Positions 1 to 9,606 are shown, counted from the first letter of the stretch. The stretch is 26,871 bases of DNA from Candidatus Pelethenecus faecipullorum (GCA_018715665.1 DVLF01000107.1:1-26871); one strand, 5' to 3'. Notes: generated from the letters alone by a model not told the origin. Translations and numbers: made by a program.

Positions 1-1461
1 TTTAAAATATTGATAACAAGCCACTCCGGAGGATTGATTTTTGCTTCGGGCATAAAGACCTACTTTCGCCCCGATCCAACGGCCGGCTGTGGCAATAAAA
101 CGTTTTTTGAAATAATGATCGTTGAATCCCAACTGATATTCCAATGTATAAATATCTTTATTGCGTGCCTTTAAACGCCAGGTGATTTGATTAGAAGGAT
201 AGAAAATCCGTTCCAAGACGGTTTCCGGTTGTTGAAATGATCCTTCTCTAAGTTCCACATAACAGCCGTCTTCTTCTTGATGCAATGCCAAATAAGCATA
301 CTGCTGCCCCATCATGACCAATCCCGTTTCATCCCCGGTTGAAAAATCACATAAAACGGATGTTTCAACGGTAAAATTCAAATACATGACCTTTTGAAGC
401 AAACTTTGCGGAACTAAATGAAGCGGAAGCGTTTCATCGGTTTGAACACAAGACAAATAAAGTCCGTTGTCCACTTTCCACCAATCCGGTTTGGGATTAG
501 CCGGTGTCTGCCATACCAAAGACAAGCGGTCCTGAAACAAATCGTAAGACGGAATGGCATCGTTTGATAAAACCGCAACCGGATAGTCAGACTCGCTGAC
601 CGGTGTTCCGCACAGTAACGGATCACTGACTTGTCCCATCAACGGCCAATCGTTATACCATAAGACCGGTTGTAAATGCACGATCCGACCATAAGCGCGC
701 ATATCCTGGAAATGGATAAAGGCCCAATGATCTTCATCATCTAAATCCACTAGCGCCCCCTGGTGCGGACCGTTAACCAGCGAATCACCTTGAAATAAAA
801 CGATTTTAGATTCGTAAGGTCCTTCGATGTTTTTACTTCTTAAAGCCGTCTGCCAGCCGCCTTTTACGCTTCCGGCCGGTGCCAAAATATAATAGTAGCC
901 GTTTCGCTCGTTGAATTTCGGTCCTTCGATCGTCGGATTTTGATCATGCCCGTCGTAAATGATCTGATAAGTAGGCGAGATGCTTCCACTTAAGTCCGGC
1001 TTGACTTCATATAGCCCCAAACAAGAATTGAAACCAGCTCGGCTCTTGGCAAACCCAATCACGACATAACATTTGCCGTTGGTCCAAATCGGGCACGGAT
1101 CTTCCAATCCTTTTCCCTCGATCAAAGGCCATAACGGACTCCATGTTCCAAACGGATCTCGTGTTTTGGAAACATAAATTCCTTCATCCGGAAACGGAAT
1201 CAAACAATAATACCATCCGTCATGAAAGCGAATGGACGGCGCCCAAGCCCCATCGCCGTGACAGACGCGGTCAAAGCGTTCAAACGGAATCCGATCAAAA
1301 ACATAATTGATCAGTTTCCAATTTACCAAATTTTTGGAATGAAGAACCGGAATGCCCGGTACATGGTTGAAACTGGATGCAACCATAAAAAAATCATCTT
1401 TGACCCGAATCACATCCGGATCGGAATAGTCGGCTTGAATAATTGGATTTGTATATCTCAT
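1..1461 (-). CDS. GH43 glycoside hydrolase (beta-xylosidase/arabinofuranosidase type) with C-terminal beta-sandwich; 3'-partial at window edge
   Basis: Translated by hand from ATG at 1461 (RBS GAGGT 8 nt upstream), open to base 1: MRYTNPIIQADYSDPDVIRV...HGDGAWAPSIRFH...GLEDPCPIW...TIEGPK...NGPHQGALV...HFQDMRAYGRIVHLQPV...GRWIGAKVGLY. All three GH43 carboxylates are present (SDPD, EDP, EGP). No signal peptide. Absent from the ORF track, probably because it has no stop inside the window. Confidence 0.93.
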   Translation of the reverse strand, partial: MRYTNPIIQADYSDPDVIRVKDDFFMVASSFNHVPGIPVLHSKNLVNWKLINYVFDRIPFERFDRVCHGDGAWAPSIRFHDGWYYCLIPFPDEGIYVSKTRDPFGTWSPLWPLIEGKGLEDPCPIWTNGKCYVVIGFAKSRAGFNSCLGLYEVKPDLSGSISPTYQIIYDGHDQNPTIEGPKFNERNGYYYILAPAGSVKGGWQTALRSKNIEGPYESKIVLFQGDSLVNGPHQGALVDLDDEDHWAFIHFQDMRAYGRIVHLQPVLWYNDWPLMGQVSDPLLCGTPVSESDYPVAVLSNDAIPSYDLFQDRLSLVWQTPANPKPDWWKVDNGLYLSCVQTDETLPLHLVPQSLLQKVMYLNFTVETSVLCDFSTGDETGLVMMGQQYAYLALHQEEDGCYVELREGSFQQPETVLERIFYPSNQITWRLKARNKDIYTLEYQLGFNDHYFKKRFIATAGRWIGAKVGLYARSKNQSSGVACYQYFK

Positions 1462-1483
1462 CTTTTTTTACCTCTTTGTATTG

Positions 1484-1512
1484 ATCTTACCACGAAACCG
1501 GAAAGAAAGCAA
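1484..1512 (-). promoter_or_regulatory. Putative sigma70/sigmaA promoter of the GH43 gene
   Basis: Minus strand TTGCTT-17 nt-TAAGAT with extended -10 TG-G, immediately downstream of the upstream operon terminator. Confidence 0.55.
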
Positions 1513-1522
1513 TTTGAACATC

Positions 1523-1551
1523 AAAAAGACGAGGGAAAATTCCCTCGTCTT
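1523..1551 (-). terminator. Intrinsic terminator ending the maltodextrin ABC operon
   Basis: Minus strand GACGAGGGA-ATTT-TCCCTCGTC followed by TTTTTG; the stem base overlaps the TAA of 1550..2290. Confidence 0.85.
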
Positions 1552-2290
1552 ATAATTGTTCCAAGCGTGAAATCACGCCATTGTAACAACATTCGATGAT
1601 CGTTTCCATTGCTGTTTGTTTTTCCCAGTTAATGGATTTAGAAGAAAGTTTCAACACCATTCCGTTGGTATTGACTTCAAAATAATGCATCGTTACGATT
1701 TCATATCCGTCTTCGTCATTGGCTGCCGTGTTAACTTGATATATCAGCGTTTGTTTGTCTTCGGAAAGCGAAAAACAAGGATAGTACCTTCCCGCATTGG
1801 CCAAAATATAATCGCCGTAATACAGACCGCCGCTGTGATAGCCCGCTTCCAATTCCAAATAAAAGAAATTTTTAATGGACGTCGTAACATCTTCGTCGTT
1901 ATACGACAACATCTCCACCCGATCATCACATTTTTGCTGGGCAAAAACCGAACCGTCCGATTCAAGATACGTTAAAATTTGCTGATTTTCATATAAATAC
2001 TGATCGCCGCCGTCGCCTAAGAACGTACCGGATGCATCCGTACTCTGATAATAGTATTTTTCTTTGGTACTTTGATCCAAACAAAACCGAGTACGGACAC
2101 TGCCGATCGCCTGTTCTTGTTCATAATACGTTTGCGTAATCGTTCCTTCGGCCGTTTTGGTTTCTTCGTAGGCTTCTTCGAAAGAAAACAAATCGACGAA
2201 ATCTTTGATCGGTCCTTCCGGAATCGCTTGGGTACAGCCGCAAAACAAAAACAACAAAACGACGATCAACAATCCGTTTATTTTTTTCAT
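1550..2290 (-). CDS. Uncharacterised lipoprotein (246 aa)
   Basis: MKK plus hydrophobic stretch plus lipobox-like FCGC; Tyr-rich mature region (21 Tyr by hand count); 10 nt downstream of the previous gene. Confidence 0.8.
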   Translation of the reverse strand: MKKINGLLIVVLLFLFCGCTQAIPEGPIKDFVDLFSFEEAYEETKTAEGTITQTYYEQEQAIGSVRTRFCLDQSTKEKYYYQSTDASGTFLGDGGDQYLYENQQILTYLESDGSVFAQQKCDDRVEMLSYNDEDVTTSIKNFFYLELEAGYHSGGLYYGDYILANAGRYYPCFSLSEDKQTLIYQVNTAANDEDGYEIVTMHYFEVNTNGMVLKLSSKSINWEKQTAMETIIECCYNGVISRLEQL

Positions 2291-2300
2291 CTTCTAAACT

Positions 2301-2933
2301 CTAGCGAAACGTGTACGTCGCCGATCCGTAACAACTCTTGCTGTCGGGATCGTGATGGGCATTGATCGTTTCAAAAAATTCGCTGACTAAATAGCCGTTT
2401 TTATCGTACTCGATCGTAATATTCCACTTCGCACGCATCGTAATATTATTGTTGTTTTTGTCAATGATCAACGGTTTGTTGACTGCAAATGCTTTGACAT
2501 AAAACCCGCCGTCTGTCCGTTCGTAATAATAAATTTCATCTAGTCCCAGTGTTCGGTGAATTTTATCCTGCAGCCGATACTTCGTAGAAGCCGGGAGTTT
2601 ATCATCGGCAACCGCTTCGGTAAACCAGTTTTCCGGTGTAATGTGAAGCGGTACTTGTAAATAGTATGAGGAACTGTCCACACTGTAAACATCCGTTGAA
2701 TCGGTAAAATCCACTTCATCATCGATCCGATCCGAAACGATCGCCAAAAAGTTCATACTGCCGGTATAGGCGACTTTTGAATAAGAACTTTGACTTTCAA
2801 ACAAAGAAATGATGTCATCTTCCAACTTCTCTTCGCTGATATATCCTTTTTCGGGCGCTTTTTGATCACCGCATCCGATCAACGCAAAAGACAAAAAAGC
2901 AAGGATCACCAAAAGAAAAGATTTCAATTTCAT
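2301..2933 (-). CDS. Uncharacterised lipoprotein (210 aa)
   Basis: MKLK plus hydrophobic stretch plus lipobox LIGC; AGGAGG RBS; 30 nt downstream of the ATPase gene. Confidence 0.82.
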   Translation of the reverse strand: MKLKSFLLVILAFLSFALIGCGDQKAPEKGYISEEKLEDDIISLFESQSSYSKVAYTGSMNFLAIVSDRIDDEVDFTDSTDVYSVDSSSYYLQVPLHITPENWFTEAVADDKLPASTKYRLQDKIHRTLGLDEIYYYERTDGGFYVKAFAVNKPLIIDKNNNNITMRAKWNITIEYDKNGYLVSEFFETINAHHDPDSKSCYGSATYTFR

Positions 2934-2963
2934 ATAATATCAACCTCCTTTAAGCAACACATA

Positions 2964-5507
2964 TCAATAAATTTTAATATCCATTGCTTTTTCGGTAATA
3001 TGAACTTTCTCGATATTGAAAGTTACTTTCAAACGGGTTTGATCCACTTGATTTTGATCCGTCAACAGATAAATTTCGTGCGAACCTTGACCGTCATCCA
3101 AAACGCATTTCAAATACTTTTTCGTTCCGTAATCCAGCAACTCCTTCACTTCCACATCCAATCCCATATCGGCATTTAAAACATACGCATCATGCGGTAC
3201 TTCGATCAAATATTGTTTCGTGAACACTTTAACGCCCAACGATTGGATCATTTTATTGGAAATCGCGTCATTGGAAAGAATCACCAAATCCTGAATTTTA
3301 AAGAAGAAAATAATATTGGCGCGCATCAACGCTTCGTCGTATTCTCCTTTTAATTTCTTCAACTGCGCTTTATACTCTTTGGTCAACTCTTTTGCCGGGA
3401 AAGCTTCCTTATTGCATTCTTTAACCAAATCGCCGTACTGTTTTTTAAGATTATCTTTGGTACGCTTGAAATTACCTTTTAAAGAATTGACTTCGCCTTC
3501 ATAACGAATCGCTTCCAAATTGGTTCGTTTTTCAAGTTCGTTGTGTTCTTCCAAATCATGATTTTCTTTAAATTCATGATACTCCTGCGCTCTTTTACGG
3601 TATGCATCGCGGTCTTTATTGATGGCTTTGAAGGCTTGGAACGCCTCTTGTTCTTCTTTGCGAATTTTAGAATAAGTTTCGGTAACCTCACGGGCAATCC
3701 GTTCGTTGTTTTGCAGATGAACTTTTTTCAACTCCGCCAATTCATCCTGCAATTGTTTTTTCAAACGGGCAAGACGTTCAGCCACATCTTTTTTCTTTTC
3801 CGCCAATTTCGATGCGTTTTTCTCCATAACGGCTTTTGAATCGACTTCCTGAGCGATGCTGAAATCTTTTTCGTATTGCGTCGTCAAGGCATCGATTTGC
3901 GGTTCGTATTTTTCTTTTACTTTTTCGACTCTTTCTTCGATTACCGTTTCATAGCGGTTTCCGACAAACGATTTGGCCGTCGCATAGTTCAAGAACATCG
4001 CATTGATTCGGTCATAGGCTTCAACAGCCGCTAAAACCGTTTTTCCGTTTTGTTGGAAAGAAAGCAACGTAAAATCCAAATCCAAATACCATACTTCTTT
4101 GGCATGAATCGTTTCCGTTGTGTTCGCAAACAAAAGGCTTTCGCTCAACTGGATATTGACCAGTTGCCGATCCGAGATCGTTTCAACCGAGTCGATCGTC
4201 ACTTCCACACCGGTTTGATGATTCAACCGAATGGCTTCGGTAGGAATCAGTACTTCGTAATTTCCGTTCGGAACCGCAACAGCCTTCGGAAGTTGGAAAG
4301 AAAGACCGCCGAAAGACATCATTCCGTCTTTGACAACCGCATCGACCAAATTGACAGAAGGAATTCTCGGATTGATCGTTTCTTCGGTTTCTTTATCAAA
4401 CATATGGACTTTGGTCATATCCAGTGCCGCTTTGACGATCTGACCTTTGGATAATCCGTAAGTCGATCTTCCTTTGATGATCACACGAGTCGACGTTTCG
4501 CCGAACCCGTCTCCTTGCATGTTGATGTCTCCGTAAATCAAGGTTTCGTTTCCGAGTTCTTCAAAATGGGAAATCCGAACATCCACCAACGTTTTGGATT
4601 TCTTAACCACATCCGGTTCTAAAGAAATATCTTCACAACGCAAGCCGACCAAAACCGTCTTACCGTTAAAGTATTGCGGCTGAACCTTGGCCAGCAGTTG
4701 CTGCGGTACCAACAAAGAGTTTTCACTCCAATTGAAATCCATGCGGATTTTATCTTTGACTTTGGTAAGCGTCGCTTGGAAGATGTTCATTTGCGGTGTG
4801 CCGATAAATCCGGCCACAAACAAATTGTTGGGGTAATCGTACAAATTTTTCGGTGTATCGATTTGCATGATTTTTCCCAAACGCATAACGACAACCCGTG
4901 TTCCCAGTGTCATCGCTTCGACTTGGTCATGGGTTACGTAAATGAATGTCGTTTTCAATTCTTCATGCAGTTTGGAAATTTCACTTCTCATCTGCGTTCT
5001 TAGTTTCGCATCCAAGTTCGAAAGCGGTTCATCCAGCAACATAACTTTCGGATTTCTTAAAATCGCCCGACCAAGCGCAACTCTTTGCCGCTGACCGCCG
5101 GACATCGCTCTTGGTTTGCGATCCAAATATTCCACCAAATCCAAAACATTGGCTGCCCACAATACTTTTTTATGAATTTCCGCATTCGGTACATGCCGCA
5201 ATTTCAAACCGAAAGCCATATTCTCGTAAACCGTCATATGCGGATAAAGGGCATAGTTTTGGAATACCATCGCAATATCGCGGTCTTTCGGTTCGACATC
5301 GTTTACGATTTTATCATCAATATACAGTTCTCCTGCACTGATATCTTCCAGACCTGCGATCATTCTTAAAGTGGTCGATTTGCCGCAGCCCGAAGGACCG
5401 ACAAAAACAATGAATTCCTGATCTTTGATATCCATCGTGAAGTCGGATACGGCTTTGGTGCCGTTAGGATAAACTTTATAAATATGTTCTAATCTTAATC
5501 CTGCCAT
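2964..5507 (-). CDS. msmX: Carbohydrate ABC transporter ATP-binding protein (MsmX/MalK family) with about 465-aa C-terminal extension
   Basis: Walker A GPSGCGKS, Q-loop VFQNYALYPH, signature MSGGQRQR, Walker B LLDEP, H-loop YVTHDQ, FVAGFIG and a TOBE region within aa 1-382; then extra modules and a charged helical segment. AAGGAG RBS. Confidence 0.93.
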   Translation of the reverse strand: MAGLRLEHIYKVYPNGTKAVSDFTMDIKDQEFIVFVGPSGCGKSTTLRMIAGLEDISAGELYIDDKIVNDVEPKDRDIAMVFQNYALYPHMTVYENMAFGLKLRHVPNAEIHKKVLWAANVLDLVEYLDRKPRAMSGGQRQRVALGRAILRNPKVMLLDEPLSNLDAKLRTQMRSEISKLHEELKTTFIYVTHDQVEAMTLGTRVVVMRLGKIMQIDTPKNLYDYPNNLFVAGFIGTPQMNIFQATLTKVKDKIRMDFNWSENSLLVPQQLLAKVQPQYFNGKTVLVGLRCEDISLEPDVVKKSKTLVDVRISHFEELGNETLIYGDINMQGDGFGETSTRVIIKGRSTYGLSKGQIVKAALDMTKVHMFDKETEETINPRIPSVNLVDAVVKDGMMSFGGLSFQLPKAVAVPNGNYEVLIPTEAIRLNHQTGVEVTIDSVETISDRQLVNIQLSESLLFANTTETIHAKEVWYLDLDFTLLSFQQNGKTVLAAVEAYDRINAMFLNYATAKSFVGNRYETVIEERVEKVKEKYEPQIDALTTQYEKDFSIAQEVDSKAVMEKNASKLAEKKKDVAERLARLKKQLQDELAELKKVHLQNNERIAREVTETYSKIRKEEQEAFQAFKAINKDRDAYRKRAQEYHEFKENHDLEEHNELEKRTNLEAIRYEGEVNSLKGNFKRTKDNLKKQYGDLVKECNKEAFPAKELTKEYKAQLKKLKGEYDEALMRANIIFFFKIQDLVILSNDAISNKMIQSLGVKVFTKQYLIEVPHDAYVLNADMGLDVEVKELLDYGTKKYLKCVLDDGQGSHEIYLLTDQNQVDQTRLKVTFNIEKVHITEKAMDIKIY

Positions 5508-5523
5508 AACTTCTTCTCCTTAC

Positions 5524-7146
5524 TCACTTAACTATAGCAATACTATAGGGGGGCAACAAAATACTGTTGTCCTTTTGCATACCGATGTATTTGTCTTGAT
5601 CCACAACGATTTGACCGACGACTTGTGTAAAGCCTTCCGTCTGGTATGCAACATTTAAGTCTTCTGTGGGCGAAAAATTAAAGATGATTCCGATTCTTTT
5701 TCCGCCGTATTCCTTTGCAATAAACAATTCTTTTTTCGTTTCTTTTTCCATTTCGATCAAAGAAACACTACCCCTTGCGATTTCCGGGTTTTGATTTCTG
5801 ATCAATAGAACTTTTTTATAAAAATGATAAATAGAAGCCCGATCTTCCATTTGTTCGGCAACCGTCGGATACGGGTACTGACTGCCGGTAATACCGGATA
5901 ACATGCTGCAATCACCGGTTCCGTCTTTTCCCCAACGAATCGGAATCCGAACATTTTCGTCTTTATTCGCACTGCCCGCATTCGTACCGAACAGCCCTAC
6001 TTCATCGCCGTAATACGTAAACGTCGTTCCGTTTAACATCTGCAACAAAGCGTATTGAAACTTGGTTTTGCGAACATCTCCTGCCGATGTAAACCGAGGT
6101 GTATCGTGATTATCGATAAACGGTGCCGGAATGCAATTAGAAGCCATTTCGATATTGGCCAGCATGCCGTCGAAATAACTTCCAAGAGCGGCTCCGTCCC
6201 GATTGATCGAATTCATGATAAATCCATTGGGACTGGAAATGCTGCCCGGGAAATTAAAGAACGAATCACACCCGCTTTGGTAATATTCTTCGATAACCTG
6301 CGCACTATCCCAACATTCCCCGACGATGTAGGCATCGGGATTTTTCTGTTTGGCCCATGAATTGAGTTTGGCGAGAAATTCGACATTTTTTGCCGTACTG
6401 CCCATATAATAGTATTTGACGGCATCCAAACGGAACCCATCTATGCCTTTGTCCAAATAAAAATCGATGATTTTTTGAATGTCTTCTTGAACCAAAGAAT
6501 TATCCAAATTCAATTCCGGCATCGACGAAGAAAAATTACATTCGTAATAAAAATCTCTTCCGGCTACTTTCTGATAGCCCACATTGCCCGGGATGTCTTC
6601 TTTCGTATCGTAAAACGAATAGTAATCATGCCACCGTTCTTCTTCTTCGGTCAAGGACTGACCGTTTAAATACTTTTGATGAATCGAAGCCGATTTATTG
6701 AAAGAAGGATGATTGATACCGGTATGATTCAACACCAAATCCAAAATAATTCGGATATTGCGTTTATGACATTCCTCAATCAATTCTTCCAAATCGTCCA
6801 TGGTGCCATAGGACGGATCCACAGCAAAATAATCGTTTACATCGTATTTGTGATAAGAATCCGACGGATGAATCGGCATGAGCCAAATTCCGTTAAAACC
6901 CAAATCGTCAATGTAATCGAGTTTTTCGATAATCCCCTGTAAATCGCCGATTCCATCACCGTCGCTATCGTAAAAACTGCGGACAAAGATTTCGTAATAA
7001 TTGCGATAATTGTCTTCTATCACGTTCGTGTTCACCAAATCTTCTTCTATTCTCACTCCGTATTTGCCTGTTTGACAGGAACACATCCCTATACAAAAAA
7101 GGATCAAACAAACAAACGATCGGATTCTAACCTTTGACTGCCCCAC
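5524..7146 (-). CDS. GH13 alpha-amylase-family lipoprotein (GH13_36-like)
   Basis: DSDGDGIGD loop, LDLVLNH, GFRLDAVKY (nucleophile), VGECWD (acid/base), FIDNHD, and MPELN (close to the MPDLN signature of GH13_36). Signal KVRIRSFVCLILFCIGMCSC. GTG at 7146 preferred over 7155 because AAGGTG lies 6 nt upstream; overlaps the permease stop. Confidence 0.88.
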   Translation of the reverse strand: MGQSKVRIRSFVCLILFCIGMCSCQTGKYGVRIEEDLVNTNVIEDNYRNYYEIFVRSFYDSDGDGIGDLQGIIEKLDYIDDLGFNGIWLMPIHPSDSYHKYDVNDYFAVDPSYGTMDDLEELIEECHKRNIRIILDLVLNHTGINHPSFNKSASIHQKYLNGQSLTEEEERWHDYYSFYDTKEDIPGNVGYQKVAGRDFYYECNFSSSMPELNLDNSLVQEDIQKIIDFYLDKGIDGFRLDAVKYYYMGSTAKNVEFLAKLNSWAKQKNPDAYIVGECWDSAQVIEEYYQSGCDSFFNFPGSISSPNGFIMNSINRDGAALGSYFDGMLANIEMASNCIPAPFIDNHDTPRFTSAGDVRKTKFQYALLQMLNGTTFTYYGDEVGLFGTNAGSANKDENVRIPIRWGKDGTGDCSMLSGITGSQYPYPTVAEQMEDRASIYHFYKKVLLIRNQNPEIARGSVSLIEMEKETKKELFIAKEYGGKRIGIIFNFSPTEDLNVAYQTEGFTQVVGQIVVDQDKYIGMQKDNSILLPPYSIAIVK

Positions 7147-8014
7147 CGGTAACACCTTCTACATAGTAGCCTTGCAACCAGAAGAACAACACCATGATCG
7201 GAATGGATACAACCACACCGGCCGCACAGAAAATCGGGAAAAAGGTTGTTCCTGCTTCTTTGGTCATCATCTGCTGTAAGCCGACCGCAACGTTAAACAA
7301 TTCGGCATGGCCGCCCGCGATAACCGATGCGAACATATAATCGCCCCAAGGTCCTGTAAAAGCCAATAAAACGGTATAAACGATAATCGGTTTGGATAGC
7401 GGCATGATGACACGCCAGAAAATGGTATTCTTATTGGCCCCGTCAATCATAGCCGCTTCATCAAGCGAATGAGAAATGGTATCGAAGAATCCTTTGGATA
7501 CGTAATAATTCATGGCACTGCCGGCAACATAGATTAAAATCAATCCGACAAGACCGTTGATACCCGAAACCAAATTAAGTTGTTTTAAAACAAAGTAATT
7601 GATGATCATTCCCAAAAAGCCCGGGAACATACCGATAACCAGAATCAATTTCATGTATTTGGTTCTGGTCGCAAACCGTAACCGTGAAAAAGAATACGAG
7701 GTCATCAGCGTTAAAACCGTCTGTAAAACCGATGAAATCAGCGCAATGACAAACGTATTCAACCACCAACGCCAAAACGGGTAAGTTTTGTTGGCGATCA
7801 ATTGAACATAGTTGTCGAATGTCCATTGTTTGGGAATCAGTAAAGAGGCCTGATACGTTTGGGCAAACGACTGTATAATCAAGTAAACAAACGGCAAAAT
7901 CCAACAAACGGACATGACGATCAAAAACGCATAAATCAATATTTTGCCGGTTGTATTCTTAAGTTTTCTGGTACTGATTCCGTGTACATTATAAATATCT
8001 AACTTTTTTGTCAT
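7127..8014 (-). CDS. malG: Maltodextrin ABC transporter permease (MalG/MalD type)
   Basis: Multiple TM segments, EAA loop SLDEAAMIDGANKNTIFWRVIMPLSKP, C-terminal GAVKG; ATGA overlap with the upstream permease. Confidence 0.9.
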   Translation of the reverse strand: MTKKLDIYNVHGISTRKLKNTTGKILIYAFLIVMSVCWILPFVYLIIQSFAQTYQASLLIPKQWTFDNYVQLIANKTYPFWRWWLNTFVIALISSVLQTVLTLMTSYSFSRLRFATRTKYMKLILVIGMFPGFLGMIINYFVLKQLNLVSGINGLVGLILIYVAGSAMNYYVSKGFFDTISHSLDEAAMIDGANKNTIFWRVIMPLSKPIIVYTVLLAFTGPWGDYMFASVIAGGHAELFNVAVGLQQMMTKEAGTTFFPIFCAAGVVVSIPIMVLFFWLQGYYVEGVTGGAVKG

Positions 8015-9549
8015 TGGAAATCACCTTCATTCTTAACCGCGTTGGACCGACTGTAGAAAATCAGCGAGAAGCCGGCAACAATGATGAAGACAAAAATACC
8101 GATAACCGAAGCCACACCGTAATCTTTGGATACCTGTGTCATCGCGATCTTATACAACCACGTAATCAAAAGGTCGGTTTCACCGGCACCGTAAATATTG
8201 GTTTTAATCAACACCCCATTGACATTGGTAAACATCGGATTACCGCCCGAAAGCAGGTAAATGACGTTAAAGTTGTTGATATTGCCGACAAATGTGGAAA
8301 TCAAATACGGACCTGTTACAAACAACATATACGGCAACGTGATCTTCATATACATTTTAATCGGACTGGCTCCGTCGATTCGCGCCGACTCATACAAATC
8401 TTGCGGAATATTCATCAGAAGTCCCGAACACATCAGCATCGTATACGGAATACCGATCCACATATTGACGACGATAATCGTGATTTTGGCAATCAGACCG
8501 TCTTCCAAAAATTTAATATTTTCACTGATCAGTCCGAGTTGTCTTAAAATAAAGTTGAATGCGCCGGAATCGGTGCTTAAAAATTTCGATAAGAACAACA
8601 AAGAAATGAACTGCGGAACGGCGATCGTCGTAATTAAAACCGTCCGCCAAAGTTTTTTCAGTCGAATTCCTTTTTTATTGATAATTAACGCAACGATCAT
8701 GCCTAAAAAGTAGTTGGTAAACGTTGCGAAAAAAGCCCAAATCAAAGTCCACAGTAAAATTTGACCGAAAACATACGTAAACTCAAAACCGCCACCGGTC
8801 ATACCGAACAGTTTTTTGAAATTATACATTCCGACCCAGTCAAACAATTCTTTCGGACTTTGATAATCGCTTGAATAATTGGTAAACGCAACGATAATAC
8901 TAAAAACAAGCGGGATAATCGTAAACATAACCAAACCGAACGTCGGGAAAGCAAGCAATACCTTATGGTAATTTTTTCCCGTCAAATCCCGGATTGTATC
9001 TCGGTCCGTTACTTTTTTACCGATGGCATTCAAATTTTGCAGGTTGGCGCTGTCGCTGATCTGCGAACACCACAAAACAAAATAAACGACCATCAATATA
9101 ATGGCAATAATCGAATTAAGTAAAATCAAAAAACTGTCATCATTAAACGACGACACTTCGATTCCCAAAACCGGATGAGTATAGGTAGCCTGAGCTACAT
9201 ACCCAAACGTTCCCAACTTGGCCAATGACGGCGCACCGATGGAAACGATGTAATAGATAAAGAAAATTTCATAAATCAAAACCAAAAAACCACGCAAATA
9301 CGATTTTCTGGTAATTTGGCCAAACCCCATTATCAAGTACGATAAGCGGGTTTTCCAATCTCCGTCCACAAAAATATTGTATATACCTACCAGTAATCCT
9401 GCAATTTTTCTATAAATTCTAACGAAAAAATTCGGTATTTTCTTCGTGAAAAAAACACCAAACCAATGAGGGATCGCCGCAAAAAAAGCGATAAATTTAT
9501 AGAAAACTCTCTTATACCCCGGGAGTGCAAGATATTCAATCGTTGTCAT
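8011..9549 (-). CDS. malF: Maltodextrin ABC transporter permease (MalF/MalC type)
   Basis: AFTNY, WVGMYNF, WIGIPY and EAA loop DLYESARIDGAS, FNNFN-like VGNINNFNVIYLL; RBS GAGGTG. Confidence 0.9.
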   Translation of the reverse strand: MTTIEYLALPGYKRVFYKFIAFFAAIPHWFGVFFTKKIPNFFVRIYRKIAGLLVGIYNIFVDGDWKTRLSYLIMGFGQITRKSYLRGFLVLIYEIFFIYYIVSIGAPSLAKLGTFGYVAQATYTHPVLGIEVSSFNDDSFLILLNSIIAIILMVVYFVLWCSQISDSANLQNLNAIGKKVTDRDTIRDLTGKNYHKVLLAFPTFGLVMFTIIPLVFSIIVAFTNYSSDYQSPKELFDWVGMYNFKKLFGMTGGGFEFTYVFGQILLWTLIWAFFATFTNYFLGMIVALIINKKGIRLKKLWRTVLITTIAVPQFISLLFLSKFLSTDSGAFNFILRQLGLISENIKFLEDGLIAKITIIVVNMWIGIPYTMLMCSGLLMNIPQDLYESARIDGASPIKMYMKITLPYMLFVTGPYLISTFVGNINNFNVIYLLSGGNPMFTNVNGVLIKTNIYGAGETDLLITWLYKIAMTQVSKDYGVASVIGIFVFIIVAGFSLIFYSRSNAVKNEGDFQ

Positions 9550-9569
9550 AAAATCACCTCTTTTTTTAA

Positions 9570-9606
9570 AATATATGGTACAGGCTCTCCTCCTGTACCA
9601 TATATT
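9570..9606 (-). other. Perfect 15-bp intergenic stem-loop between the solute-binding and permease genes (mRNA stabiliser or leaky terminator)
   Basis: AATATATGGTACAGG (9570-9584), 7-nt loop, CCTGTACCATATATT (9592-9606); only a short T run follows on the minus strand. Confidence 0.75.

Noticed and set aside
3318-3956. Frameshift, fusion artefact or DNA tandem repeat inside the ATPase
   Set aside because: The frame is continuous, codon style matches the flanks, no nucleotide-level tandem repeat is visible, and TOBE-like motifs resume after the insert.
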